From: Macrostomum lignano
Taxonomy: Eukaryota
Length of the DNA: 64,000 nt
Reading direction: 5' to 3'
Assembly (NCBI GenBank): GCA_002269645.1
Contig: NIVC01002177.1
Location: 131,868 to 195,867, forward strand
In this document: positions 52,291 through 64,000 of the stretch, piece after piece
Numbering within the stretch: the first letter of the stretch is position 1
Layout of the letters: the number at the start of each line of letters is the position of its first letter
Position numbers and translations under genes: made by a program
The notes under the pieces: model-generated
Databases searched by the model: none
Told to the model about the DNA's origin: nothing
The model's input: only the letters and a program-made list of their open reading frames with translations

Positions 52291-53961
52291 TCCCAGATAA
52301 ATCAAACAAAGCATTGGGGCTAAGCGCAGACAAGGCCACAGAACAGGTAACGCGATTTCATAAAACTGCTTCACAATAGATCATCTATCCCAACACAAAA
52401 CTGATATTACGAGTGATTCTTTAGAGTGGATTGCTTTATTGACAGGTTAGAGGAAAAGTTCTAAAGCTTTAAAAATCTAAAGCAAGGATTTCAGCGAAAA
52501 CAACTCGCTCGGCTTGCATTCGGTATTGGAATAGCATATGCCGAGCCATATACTGCTCAGTTGGACCATAGACTAAATTTTTGGCTATATTAGGAATGAG
52601 ACTTCACTCAAAATCAAAAAATTGAAATTTCATTCAATAACAGCGAACGATAGGTAAAGTTTATATTTTAAGATGAATAATTTTCGTCCCCATTCTACCA
52701 ATCTTATAATTTGATTCTGTGTGCAGAATTTCAGAATTTTTAGAAATTGAAAAATACAACTAATCTTGGCTCGAATCTTCAAATTCTTCCGGTGCAGCGC
52801 GGTTTTCCGCGCCGAAGAATCGTTGATAACGTAAACTGGGTCACTTGCCCCGTTTCATAAGATTGCGAAACAATCCAATCGGACTCCAACCACAGTGGAG
52901 ATCAAGCCGTGTAAAAATTATTTGGCAGTTAGAAAACTTCTCGAAACGACCGACGGCATCAATTCCAATTTGTACCTTGGTGATGGTTGATTTCAAATTA
53001 ATTCTCACTTTCAATGCTTTCTGAGCAAAGCTCTTCAGTTCATCCACATTGGGTCAGTCGCTAGCAGCTTCTCTGAATCGTCGAAAGCTATACGATGTGG
53101 TTCAACATATGGGAAGCAGCCATTCGTTCTCGCTTGCAGCGGCAACTACATGTAGCTTTCTATTGTGATCTCCTTACCTTTCTCCCTCACCTTGTCGTTG
53201 ACGCAACCCTGTGCTTCAGCTTCACACACCTTAGGTGGACAACTTTTGATAGAAGAACATCATATTATACTACCCCGCTATAGTGAGGACAGAGCTCGCA
53301 CTACATGATGTAGCTCGTCATCGTCGACTGTCGACTGTTTGCTGGCTGAAGTACTACGAGCGTAGGATTCTGTCGGCGGCCTATGTTCGTGCCCTGGCCG
53401 GAGTTGCGCTCCTGTGACGCGCTTAATCTGTCTTTATAAAACTCAGCATAAATCATATTTTTGCTTTTGCAAGTGTATTAAAAAACCTTACCGGTTGTCT
53501 ATTTTAACAAATTAGAATACTTTACTTTCAAAAACTTAATTTTAATACTCAGAAGTAACATAGCTGCTTTAGAAAATTAAATAAAAGGTAAAATAATGGT
53601 AACGTACTACTCTTGAAAAAAAGTCAATGACTCTTGTAATTAACTCAATTTAAATCAAGCGTTTATCATTCTTTTTGCAAACTGTTTGATTGTGTCGTGT
53701 ATTTCCTATTCAACTTTTACAACCAATTTTGGCTCTCCCGCTGTCTTTTTATGTTTATCTACTAAAGATATTTGTAGTTTTTCAGCAATCAGTCGTATCA
53801 ATTGGACAGTATTAGCCTTTTTATCCAATTTTATTTTGTTAATAGTTGCTGTTCTGTAATTGCCAGAAAAATTGCATCACAGTAAATAGTAGGCCTAATA
53901 TAATAAAGAATCGAGCCGTCCGTTTAAACATTCAAGAGGCTGCTGTTGTAGCATATACTAA

Positions 53962-56900
53962 ATGCAGTTCTTCCGGCGGCTATTTCATCACCTTCGGCCA
54001 AGATCTCCTCGGGACAATTCAGATGGAGTGCATGACAAAAGCACACTTCATTGTGTCGTCCAGTATCTCGATAACACAGAAGCAAATTTTAATGTTAATG
54101 TGAGTACACTGTATTCAAATTGTATTCATTTAATAATTCTTTATTGAAAATTTTTTAACACGTAACAGAAATAAATAATTAGAACAAATTAACTAACAAA
54201 TTAACAAATTAACTAACAAAATTAATTAACAAAAGCCATGCATACTTTGTTTAGCCCACACTCACATAGGGTTTATAGCAGCCCTTTAAATTTCTTATCA
54301 TAAGAAATATGCATTATCTATGTCTTTGAGGTGGTCCTCATAGGTATAAAGTGTACACTCCCTGGTCATATTTCACACATAAGCACACATAGGCTATATG
54401 CTATAACTTTTATTATAAGTCCTAATTTTACTATTATTACTATTAAAACGTCTCTAAAACTTAATGCACTGCGATATCCTTGTTGACGCATTTTTCTGAT
54501 ATCCCCAAGAAAATATAGTATTCATTATTTAGTAATAAAAAATATAGCAAGTTAGCAACTCCTTTAGGTTTGTAGCAGTTTTGATACTTATAGGAAAGTT
54601 CTTAGTATAGCCACTCTAGTAAAGGTTAGACAAGATGAAAATTTATAAAAGTGGGATTAAGGTCTTTATTTAATTATACATGTTTATAAATATATAATAT
54701 GCCTAGATCTAAATAGATGAAATCAATTTTTTATCAGGTACCATTAGGATTCCATCCTATCTCTAACCCATAGATAGCATTCCTAAAAAGGTAAATACTT
54801 GGAAACTGCAATCTTAGAAAAATATAACTTCCAATTTCGACTCTAAGATAGTGTCTTATAGATAAATTAGCTTATTCATAGCAAGGGATATCATTTCTCC
54901 TCATACTGCTGAATGATATAGAAAATAAAGTTGTCAATACAAAGTTTATTTAGAAAAAATAGAACTGTTTTGTTGATTTGCAAATAACTATAGCTTGACT
55001 AATCATGATCTCAGTTGTAACTACAAAAAATAATAGGTAACATTATTTTTTATTTCATTTTACTTAATATATTTTCAAAAAACTAATCAATTTATCGCAA
55101 ACAATCAATTAAATAGTTTCAGTTCAGAGAGGCAGATCAGCATTAATTTTTTACTACTATGATTTTACTTTATGATATTACAGTTTTAACATCTTGGTCA
55201 TAATAGATCTGTCTTCCAGTTGTTCAACAAATTGAAATAAAAAAATTGAACTCAGTTTTGGCTTTATCTTTAATGCAATAAAAAGAAGAGATTATTATTA
55301 TTTTGTTGAAGTTTCAAGGCAAAAGCTAAAAGTAATGAGTATTAATAGTAAGTCCAGGTTTCAACAATTTTTGGAGTAGTTTTTGAGCAATTTTTAGCAA
55401 ATTTAAACAAAAATACTATAAATCCTTATTTGGCAATTAGAAATCAATCTAGAATCATAAATAGGTTTTTATGCAAGGATATTTCTTGTAAAATATGATT
55501 TGTTAATTACTCTATTAGTTAAGCATAGTCTTTAAGATTTTAATTTCTTTAAAAGTGTATTTTTTCATGGAATAACCCTCAATGATACCAATAATTATAT
55601 CATGGCAGAATGTGCTAATGTCTCTAAAAAGTGGACACTGATGTCTATAAAAATCACATAAAGATATCTCATAAAAGTTTTCCAATATGTACTTGTACAA
55701 AAAGTGCTAGTTGAAATGACAATATTAGCAAAATTATCAGTTAGCTGGGCTTTAACTTAGTCTAGTTTGTCTTATTGTGGTTATAATAATATTTTTATAG
55801 TTGAAAATTTAGGACAGTAAGTTACAACCTCTTTAGGCCTAGTCTTACCAGAGTAAATATCTTTGACACTGCTTGTAGCCACATTTTGCTTAATATAAAT
55901 TAGTCATAAGTAATATGCATAAGAGGTTATTAGGCCAGTGTTTTTTGTTTTAACATCCATTACAATATATTCGTCACATTTATTAGTATTCTCTTAGTTA
56001 ATTAAGCTACATGTATTAGGCTAATAAGGCTAATATTAAGGCTATTTGACTAATAACTAATCAGTAATATTTAATAAAATGATTATGGCACTGAATAATA
56101 TGATTTTAGAAGCAAGTCCTTGGCAGGGATTTGTATGAGCTAGTCTACAATGACTTGGACTTTCAATATGAGCACGAGTACTTTGGCCTGCAGTACACCG
56201 ACTTTCACAGCGTGCGCTATTGGATCGACCCGACCAAGCCGCTGAAGAAGCAAATCAAAAAGAAAATGCGTGAGTATTGCATACAATAGCACTTTCATGC
56301 CGTGATTCCTATGAACAGTGCAGCTATTCAAGCCATTCATTTGCCTCTCCCGCAGCTGGTCCTCCGTACACTTTTAGATTTGTGGTGAAGTTCTTTTCTA
56401 GCGAGCCGGACACCTATCTCAAGGAGGAGCTCACGTGGTAAGCCTAGGTTGATGTTTTTTTATCAGGGCACCTGCCCTAATGAGCAACCGACAACTCAGC
56501 CGCAGCCATTGCGCGGCGCATCAGAAGGCTGCGTACGGCTGTTCAGTCCAAGGACTGGGGGAGGGTCGCCACAGACCCTCAATTACCCCAGCTAATGCTG
56601 GCACCCATTTTACAGCTGGGTGAACTGAAGCAATGCAGAGTTAAGTGTCTTGCTCATGGACACAAATTGTTCCGAGTAGGTCGAGAATCGAACCCCCGAC
56701 CTTTCAGTCGTTAGTCCGATGCTCTAACCACTAGTCTGCAACCCCCGAAGCACATTAGATAGTTTTTAAAAAAATACAGCCATTCATAGCTTTGCTGTAC
56801 ATGTCTATTTGCACAACCAAAACTCTCGAAATTTCCTGCCATTTTAGCTACCTTTACGTCCAGCAATTAAAAGCGGACATTGCGGCCGGAAAGCTGGTGG

Positions 56901-59900
56901 TGAACGATGAGGAAAAAGCTGCTGAACTGGCTGCCCTAGTCGTCCAATGTAAGTAGCTTGTGTTTTTGCAAGGTGCTCTGTTTGGTTGGTCGGTCTCCTC
57001 ACTCAAGGAGCCTTCGAGCCGTTTGAGAGTTAGGAATGAAAAATGAGAGTCGCTGGTTCCCGGTAGAGTTAGGACGGGATCCTGATGCCAAAAATAAAAG
57101 CTTGTAGAAGTTAAGAGAGTCTAATAAATGTTTTCTGAAGCTAATAGATTAAGAATAATAAAAGCTAAGTTGACAGAGGCTATTATATGCTAATATGAGC
57201 CAAAATAAGCTAAAAGAAACTAATGAAAGCTAATAAAAGCGAATAGAACCTAATGGAAGCTTAAATGACCTAATAAAAATTAATAGAAGCTAATAAAATC
57301 TAACCGAAGCTTATTAAAGCTAATATATTCTAATCAAAGTCCCCCATACAACGCCGTACATAACATCGCAGCCGAGGAAGGCGACTTCGATCCGAATAAG
57401 CACAACCTGGCCTTTGTGTCGCAGTTCCACTTCCTGCCAGAGGAGAAGCAAACCGAAGAATTCGAAGTCATGGTGTTCGAGGAATACCAGAAGCTTGCGT
57501 GAGTGCTTGTTGAATAGAAGTCTGTGTGATAAATCCGAATGGTCAAACAGAGAGAGGCCCTGGATACTTACTAGTTAGTAGAAATCTCGATCAATGATTC
57601 GATTATCATTTTCATGAAATATCGAGAATTTACGAGAACATCTCGACGGTCTTGACTTGACTCAGCTGCAGGGAGTTCCGGGCATCTGGATACAGTGGGG
57701 AGGCGTCGCCGACTCGCCGCCCATTCCGCTAATCCCTGGCGACAATGGGCAGCTGGTGCTGGGGAGTTGCGCAGGGAGATCCTGTGTTGTGCCTCTCTCT
57801 TTAGAGTCCAGGAGGTGGATGGTTGCTCGCCCGGTAGCCCTTAGGTAGCGGACGAGCTGGCAGAGATTCTCGGGCCTGAAAACTTTGGAGAGGTCCGGGT
57901 TTGGGCCGAGGTAGGTGAGCCTGTCCCGAGTAAAGGCGGGGCACTCACAGATGAAGTGCTCCGCATTCTCAGCACCGGAGAGGCAGAATGGGCATTCCTC
58001 ACTGCGGATTTTTCCCTGGATGTGACGATGCCTGGCAAAATACCAACTATCTTTGCTTGTCTTTCAATTGCTTGAAAAGTACCTGGTGAAGTGGGGAGAA
58101 TTTACGTTAATTTATCCGCGTGTCCTGCAGGGAGCGCAACTTAACGCCGTCTCTGTGCGAGAAGATGTACCTGAACAAAGTGAAGTACTTGGACAACTAC
58201 GGTGTGGATATGCACAAAGTGCAGGTAATTGTTCAACTCTTAAGTAATTAACCTGCGCTAGCATGCGAGCTAGGTGAGCTGTTACATTTGGCAATGTTCA
58301 TCTGTTCTCTCAGGGCAAGGACGATCGAACATACCAGCTGGGCCTCACGCCTGCTGGCATTCTGGTGTACGATGGAGACGAAAAGATCGGCTTCTTTTAT
58401 TGGTAATTAACTAATTAATTTGATGCAGTTCTATTGCAGAGAATTTCATTCGAATTTTTACTGCCATGGTTATTTTTATATCGCCATTTTAGGCAGCGAA
58501 TTTCGAAGATTGCTTTCAACCGAGCCAGTCTGAAGATTGTCGTTTCGGAAGATGATGCTCAGGTGAGTTTGACAAGAATTAGCACAGCTTGTGGCTTTAT
58601 ACGTTTATAAATAATGGATTGCGGATAGGGTGCTGCAGGGCCTGTGCCTATGTTTCATCCTGCTTGTGAAGCCAAAGAGAAAATGGAAATTCATCATAGA
58701 GTTGGACTAGTCAGCTTATTGCTTTGCTCCTCATGTTGCCATTGCCATATTTTAACCTGAGTGAGTCACAGAGCCCTGTCTGCCTCTCTCTCTCTCTCTC
58801 GTAGATCTCTGTCAAGAGATCCCTGAAAAGGGAAAAAGGGAAGGGAGATGGTTGAGCACGATGTGAGTCATCCGACTTTTTTCTTCGTCTACTCGCCTCC
58901 CCGCTCATTGCATTCAGTCTTTCCATCTACTAGCTACCCCCTGGCTCTGGCTAAGCAGCTGACAGCAACTAATTGACAAAGCCGCGGTTAAAGTTAGGGC
59001 AATTCAATGAGAGGCAGTTCTGGCTGCTGAGTGTGCAGTCTGTATGTGCAGTGGCGCAGTGCTGCAAATCCGTGTGTCTTTTCGGCAAATGCAGTTCATC
59101 AAAAATTACTTTTCTAAGACAGTCCACGCTTTTTTGCGACATTTCGTCAGACGTGCCTCCAGCGATGGGTCATTTAGTCAAGTTCGCTTAAAAATTACAG
59201 AGTCAGCTTCTGCTTAATCTCAACCTCAACCTAATTTATTGCGTCAATATTACCTCAAGACCTAGATAGAGAATCTTGCGCATTACTGCGGGCTAGCGGA
59301 GTGGAGAGAGGAGACGGAATAGAGAAGGGAGAGAGGAGATACGAGAGAGGAGATACGAGAGAGGAGAGACGAGAGAGGAGAGACGAGAGGAGATACGAGA
59401 GGAGAGACGAGAGAGGAGATACGAGAGAGGAGATACGAGAGAGGAGATACGAGAGAGGAGAGACGAGAGAGGAGATACGAGAGGAGAGACGAGAGAGGAG
59501 ATACGAGAGAGGAGAGACGAGAGAGGAGAGACGAGAGAGGAGATACGAGAGAGGAGATACGAGAGAGGAGATACGAGAGAGGAGAGACGAGAGAGGAGAT
59601 ACGAGAGAGGAGATACGAGAAGAGGAGAGAGGAGAGAAAAGAAAGGAGATTATTTGAGTGAAGAGAGCTGAGCTGAGACGCAAACCTGGAGCGGGCCGGA
59701 TTGCTATTGTGAATTTCAAAAGACCGGACCGCGGGGAATTCACATTCCTTTTTTTGGTTTCTCTCTGTCATCCACGGCCTTTTCATGCTGTAGTCTGTAA
59801 CTATGGCGGAAGTTTCTGCTCCTGTTTCTAGTCGCTTGTTTTGCTTCCTATGCGAGTATTAGATGTATCGATAGGCTTAGTTTTCCATGGACTTTTCTTC

Positions 59901-62110
59901 TTTTAGGGGAAGTTGCAGGTTGTTCAGCAATGGTAGATTGTGTATACGGTTTTAGAGGTTTAGGCTTCACCACTCGTAAGAAATTAATCGTTGTCTCATA
60001 AATATCTTTTTAGTAGCCATATTAAGTAATGAATTAGAAGCGTTGAATAATGAGCGTACAGCTTGGGACAATGCAATACCGCTACCGCTGCACCTTACAC
60101 TAATCTGGCCAGGCCAGTCAAGGAGAATTAATGTACAACTCTTAAACTGACGCGCCCCATCTGTGTCCAGCTAATTTTACCTGCTGTTGACCTACCGGTT
60201 TAATGCTTTTAGTCCAGCGTTGCCCTTGGCAAGCACACTGAATAAATTTTCATGACGTGAGTCATTTCTCCCTGACTGTTAGACGGGGCAATCCTTGGAG
60301 CCCTGGATCCTATAATAAAACTGGCTAGATAGGCAGCTAGCAGTTGATCCCTCACTAGCCTTAATCTACAGTCGCATTTTCACTGTTTACAATTCTCCTG
60401 CCAGATTAGAGGGTTGGGATGGAGATCTGCGACAGGCCGGCTGCTTTCGGCGTGACCCGGGATTGCTGCAGCAACTCGGCAGCTGAAAATTTGCCATGCA
60501 GCTATTTATTTCTCTGCAAATTCCCGGGGAAGAAAGAAGAAGACCATCTTGGGGGGGGGGGAGGTTAAAGTTGCACTGTGCGCACACCGGGACAGAAGGG
60601 AACCTGTCAGTTAAGTGGGAAACTTTCATAGTTGGCGCTGCAAAGTTTATAATGCTCTGTACTGCCCCTGTTCATCGACAGCTATTTTTACTATTTCAAT
60701 TTTGTAAAGTTGATCATCAAAATTTGAATGTCTATTCTGTGGTACAAAAGTTGTCTAATACCGTATTATATACCGTAAAGTATCAGCTTGCCACATTATT
60801 GCGGCTCTGCTATACCACTAGGCACATATCTAATTATATATACACCTGCAAAAGGTAAGTTTGATTAACTATTATTAGTTCGCTAAGAGACCAAGTAAAG
60901 CCCTAACCTTTAGTAATAGATTGGCAGGAACTGTTCTGGTATGTAGAGTTAAATGCTTGTATGTTTCAACAATCGCTAATCGAAAGCTACATAGAGGCTA
61001 CGAAAATTCAACATGCACAAACTTTGAAGAGCAGCCTTTTGAATTTACGGGTTGGGCCACTCGTGCACGTTCCTGTTTGCCGAGCAGAAATGCTACAATA
61101 TGTTGCAACGTGAGAAAGGCGATTTTTTTTTACTGCTGTGACTCAGACCTGGCTATAGTTGAATCTAGAATTAACTCCTATACATGGCATACCATGCTAA
61201 ACAAAATGCGTTAATGAATCGCAAATTTATTCAATTCAATTCTCATTACAACCCCGACCTATAGGGGGTAGGAAACAGCAGACGATTGTTCAAGTGCGTG
61301 TATTGCGAATGGAGTAGCAGAGACGGCTGACTGTTTCAATCAGCAGCTTATAATACTGTTAGCAAATGCAAGCCGCTACCCACATAACTGCAACTGGAGC
61401 ACTTATATGGACTCGTGTGTTTTATGGAATTTTTTATACTAAGCAATTTTAAGTTCGAGATCAGTGAATTTGAGTTAATGGCCGGCTCACATTGCCTCCA
61501 GCCAGTAGCTCCGCAAGTCAAAGATTGCTCAAATCAATGCTCAGTCACAATTTCAAACTTAATTAGAGATAACTTATTTCGAGCGGTGGATCTCCATATA
61601 GAAATATGTTGCAGTGTTTTATATGGCCACGTGCTGGCACTCTCACCTGTTTTCACCTCTACTAACCTCGCTGACCCAAGGCACAAATTAAAGCCCATTG
61701 GCTTGCACTTTCCCTTGACCCCAGGGTGCCCAGCAGGACCACACATTCGTATTCAAGCTGGCCGATCCTCGCACCTGCAAGCACCTGTGGCGTTGCGCAG
61801 TTGAGCATCACTCGTTCTTCCGTCTGGTGCAGCCGAAAGCACCGCCAGGCAAAGCCAAGCAGCTGCTGCGCCTGCGCTCCAGGTTTTACCACAGCTTCCG
61901 CACGGAGACCAGCCTGGTGCAGGCCAACCAGTTTGGCACCAGCCAGCGCCGCTCAGCCAGATTCGAACGGAAGCCGTCAACCAGGCACAGCTGCCGGCCG
62001 AGCTTCGCCCGGGCTGACGCTGATCGCCAGCTGCATCACCGGCGAACTGACCGACGGGCCGAACCAGCAGCGGCGGCCTCCGGCGACAGCTTGCGAGTTG
62101 TGCCTGTCGA
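53962..62110 (+). CDS. EPB41L5: FERM + FERM-adjacent domain protein, Yurt/EPB41L5 (EPB41L4B) orthologue, 5' nine exons: 53962-54099, 56110-56269, 56356-56437, 56848-56948, 57372-57498, 58131-58224, 58314-58402, 58493-58562, 61725-62110; the gene continues beyond this
   Basis: Spliced translation contains [106 protein letters not shown] and RFERKPS. These are collinear with EPB41L5/Yurt, and all phases match. Confidence 0.93.
54560..55900 (+). mobile_element. Very AT-rich block in Yurt intron 1, probably a heavily decayed CR1/L2-type LINE
   Basis: Collinear RT-like remnants appear in broken frames: KIYKSG (54638), HPIS(L)T (54753), LETAILEK (54799), IDKLAYS (54858), [14 protein letters not shown] (54882). 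Spacing between motifs is much shorter than in intact elements. Confidence 0.4.
56469..56745 (-). mobile_element. tRNA-derived SINE, family A, in Yurt intron 3
   Basis: Reverse complement of the family A head (tagtggttagagcatcggactaacgactgaaaggtcgggggttcgattc) and body. Confidence 0.9.
57645..58040 (-). mobile_element. 3' end of a non-LTR retrotransposon with a C-terminal CCHC zinc knuckle (I/Loa/R1-like), in Yurt intron 5
   Basis: An unlisted minus-strand frame reads [45 protein letters not shown] (C-x2-C-x8-H-x4-C) and stays open to TGA at 57662-57664. A short GTCAA repeat tail follows. Confidence 0.85.
59251..59735. mobile_element. Degraded hAT-type MITE with polypurine tract, copy 4 (Yurt intron 8)
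   Basis: The left arm tacctcaagacctagatagagaatc...actgcgggc matches copy 1, and the right arm cgggccggattgctattgtgaatttcaaaagacc matches all copies. TIRs are lost. Confidence 0.75.
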
Positions 62111-62198
62111 GTGAGTTGTCTGGCCGCTTGTCTGCTTTTGCTCGCGCAGTGCGAGCAGTTTCTGCTTTTTTTGTTTATTTCTATATTAACAACCGCCT

Positions 62199-62486
62199 GG
62201 GGGATTGTAGCCTACTGGTCAGAGCGTCGGACTCACGACTTGAAGGTCGGGGGTTCGATTCTCGATTCCACTGGAACAATTTGTGTCCTTGAGCAAGACA
62301 CTTAACTCTGCATTGCTTCAGTTCACCCAGCTGTAGAATGGGTGCCAGCATTAGCTGGGGTAATTGAGGCTGTGTGTGGTGACCCTCAGTCCTTGGACTG
62401 AACAGCCGTACGCAGCCTTCAGATGCGCCGCGCAATAGCTGCGGCTGAGCTGTCGGTTGCACATCTGGCCATTAGGGCAGGTGTAA
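62199..62486 (+). mobile_element. tRNA-derived SINE, family A, near full length, in Yurt intron 9
   Basis: Complete head, CORE-like body and 3' structured tail. Confidence 0.9.
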
Positions 62487-62549
62487 TCAAATTTTTTTTC
62501 TAAATTAAGCTATCCCACAGTCAGTGATGAGGCAAGCAGTCATGCTCAT

Positions 62550-62785
62550 TCAGATGACCCCTGAGCACGCATACAAATAATTATGCAGATATACTCTCAT
62601 ACTGGGTGTACATCAGCCCTGACTTTTCCATTGTCAGGCAGAGGGCACACTTTAGTGGGCATATAAACCCTGCGACATACCCTGACCACTACTGAAATTG
62701 ATGAGGTCAGAGAGGTGAGGTTAAAAGGCCAGAGAATGGGAATCGAACCCAGGCGCTGTCACTGGGCTACAGGGACTGACAATGC
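62550..62785 (-). mobile_element. Diverged SINE family B copy
   Basis: The reverse strand has TAGCCCAGTG...GGTTCGATTCCC and aagtgtgccctctgcctgacaatggaaaagtcagggctgatgtacac, which resembles the family B core. Confidence 0.55.
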
Positions 62786-64000
62786 AAAAGTCAGAATCGC
62801 TGTGCACCAGGTGTGCATTGAGCTTCCCAGCTAACCCAAGCTGTTGATCATTTTTTGTTAACTGCCTGTATGTTTTGTCTTTTGCCTGATCAAGGATTTC
62901 TCTATAGCTAGAACTTGGATCGGAAACCTCTTTGTGGGGCGTACCAACTGAGGCCTGTCCAGCAGAATACTCATTCGAGCAGTCGGCCTCAGTTAGTACA
63001 CAAAAATATGTTTCCTATTTTGGTTTCTCATTCGAGTTTTAGTTATAGAGAAATGCTTCAACCGATGTTCGTATCTAAGTTACTAGACGAAGTTTATGAC
63101 ACCCGAGTCATAACAGCATGCTATCGCTAGTTTGTGTTACCATTAAACAATTTTAGTTTGCAATACGCAAACATTTTCCACTTTAGAAAGATGCTGTGAC
63201 TACTCATAGCAAGTAAGTAGTATGTCTGATGTTAAGTAGATATGAGCTCGCGCAGTATGCATGCTGATTTAGCTGTGAGTAGATTGATTAAATAATTTTT
63301 TTGCTTTGATTAGCAAGTTAGACAGACCCTGTTTGCCAGACTGTAACAAACAAGCGCAGAAATTGCGAAGCTATTCCAAAATTAGGGGGGGGGCGAAAGC
63401 CTAAATGTTTTTAATTACACGAGCAAGCTTTCCGGGAAAGCGAAGTTCGACTTTTCGAGCTTCTGTTTTTAAACCTATTTTTTATCTCAGATGCTGCACT
63501 AGTAATTTGCGCAGCAGTTCACTGGGGCCTCTTAATGCTAAGCCGAACTGCGCTGTATTTAATGTACTCTTAATTCCTTTCATTGCTGGCCTCGCATTTC
63601 AGAATCTTGGCCTGACGAGTTTTAATTGATGCAGGAGGAGTCTTTGTGCAATAAAAGCTGGCGGTTGACACTATGAAACCTGTCATACTCATGCTCATTA
63701 TTTACAGCTTTTACGAACTCGATCGATCAATATCCATAAACGGCTCACTCGCACCAGGGTCTATTCATGGAGTTTTAAGCTTAAAATCTGAGCAATAATT
63801 CAGGTCTACCACTCCAGATAGTATTTTTAGAGCTCCATGGTGATGTATAGTGTTGGCTATAGCTTATCAAATGCTCAGCCTAATCAAGCCTTAGTGTGTC
63901 GTCTTTTTCTAGCGTTTAGCAGACTTAACTTGCAAATTATACTGCTCACAGTAGTTAGTAGGAAATAAAGTAAGTTAAGAAGAAGTGCTTGCTTTAGAAT

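Noticed and set aside
52790-53290. Possible divergent minus-strand gene upstream of Yurt
   Set aside because: Candidate frames are interrupted by stops and could not be joined consistently.
57190-57325. AATAGAAGCT-like degenerate repeats (similar low-complexity runs at 54180-54235 and 56010-56070)
   Set aside because: Ordinary decayed AT-rich simple repeats with no further structure.

Overview
Eukaryotic (metazoan) genomic DNA with spliceosomal introns, GC-rich coding exons, tRNA-derived SINEs and many minisatellites. This style is consistent with a free-living flatworm such as Macrostomum, but the species is an inference and was not checked by search. Hand splice-reconstruction supports four multi-exon + strand genes: an NDR/tricornered (STK38) kinase with a GC-AG intron (7071-9748), a 7-EC delta1-like protocadherin (25834-40841), a quick-to-court-like coiled-coil/GRIP protein with one frameshift (43738-47723), and the 5' part of a Yurt/EPB41L5 FERM gene (53962-62110, continuing out of the window). 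There is also a doubly truncated monocarboxylate-transporter fragment (48656-49564) and an intronless, very basic, codon-optimised secreted ependymin-related-like protein on the minus strand (49933-50601). About 13% of the window is tandem arrays (4, 15, 16, 21, 28, 32, 44/48, 45 and 61 bp units). Mobile DNA comprises two SINE families, a hAT-type MITE family carrying polypurine tracts, and three LINE remnants. I found no rRNA, bona fide tRNA or CRISPR array, and I cannot claim a clearly new multi-gene system. The best leads are the secreted EPDR-like protein, the microsatellite-carrying MITE, the CORE-like structured SINE, the CCATAGAC motif shared by a satellite and dispersed inverted repeats, and the orphan half-transporter.
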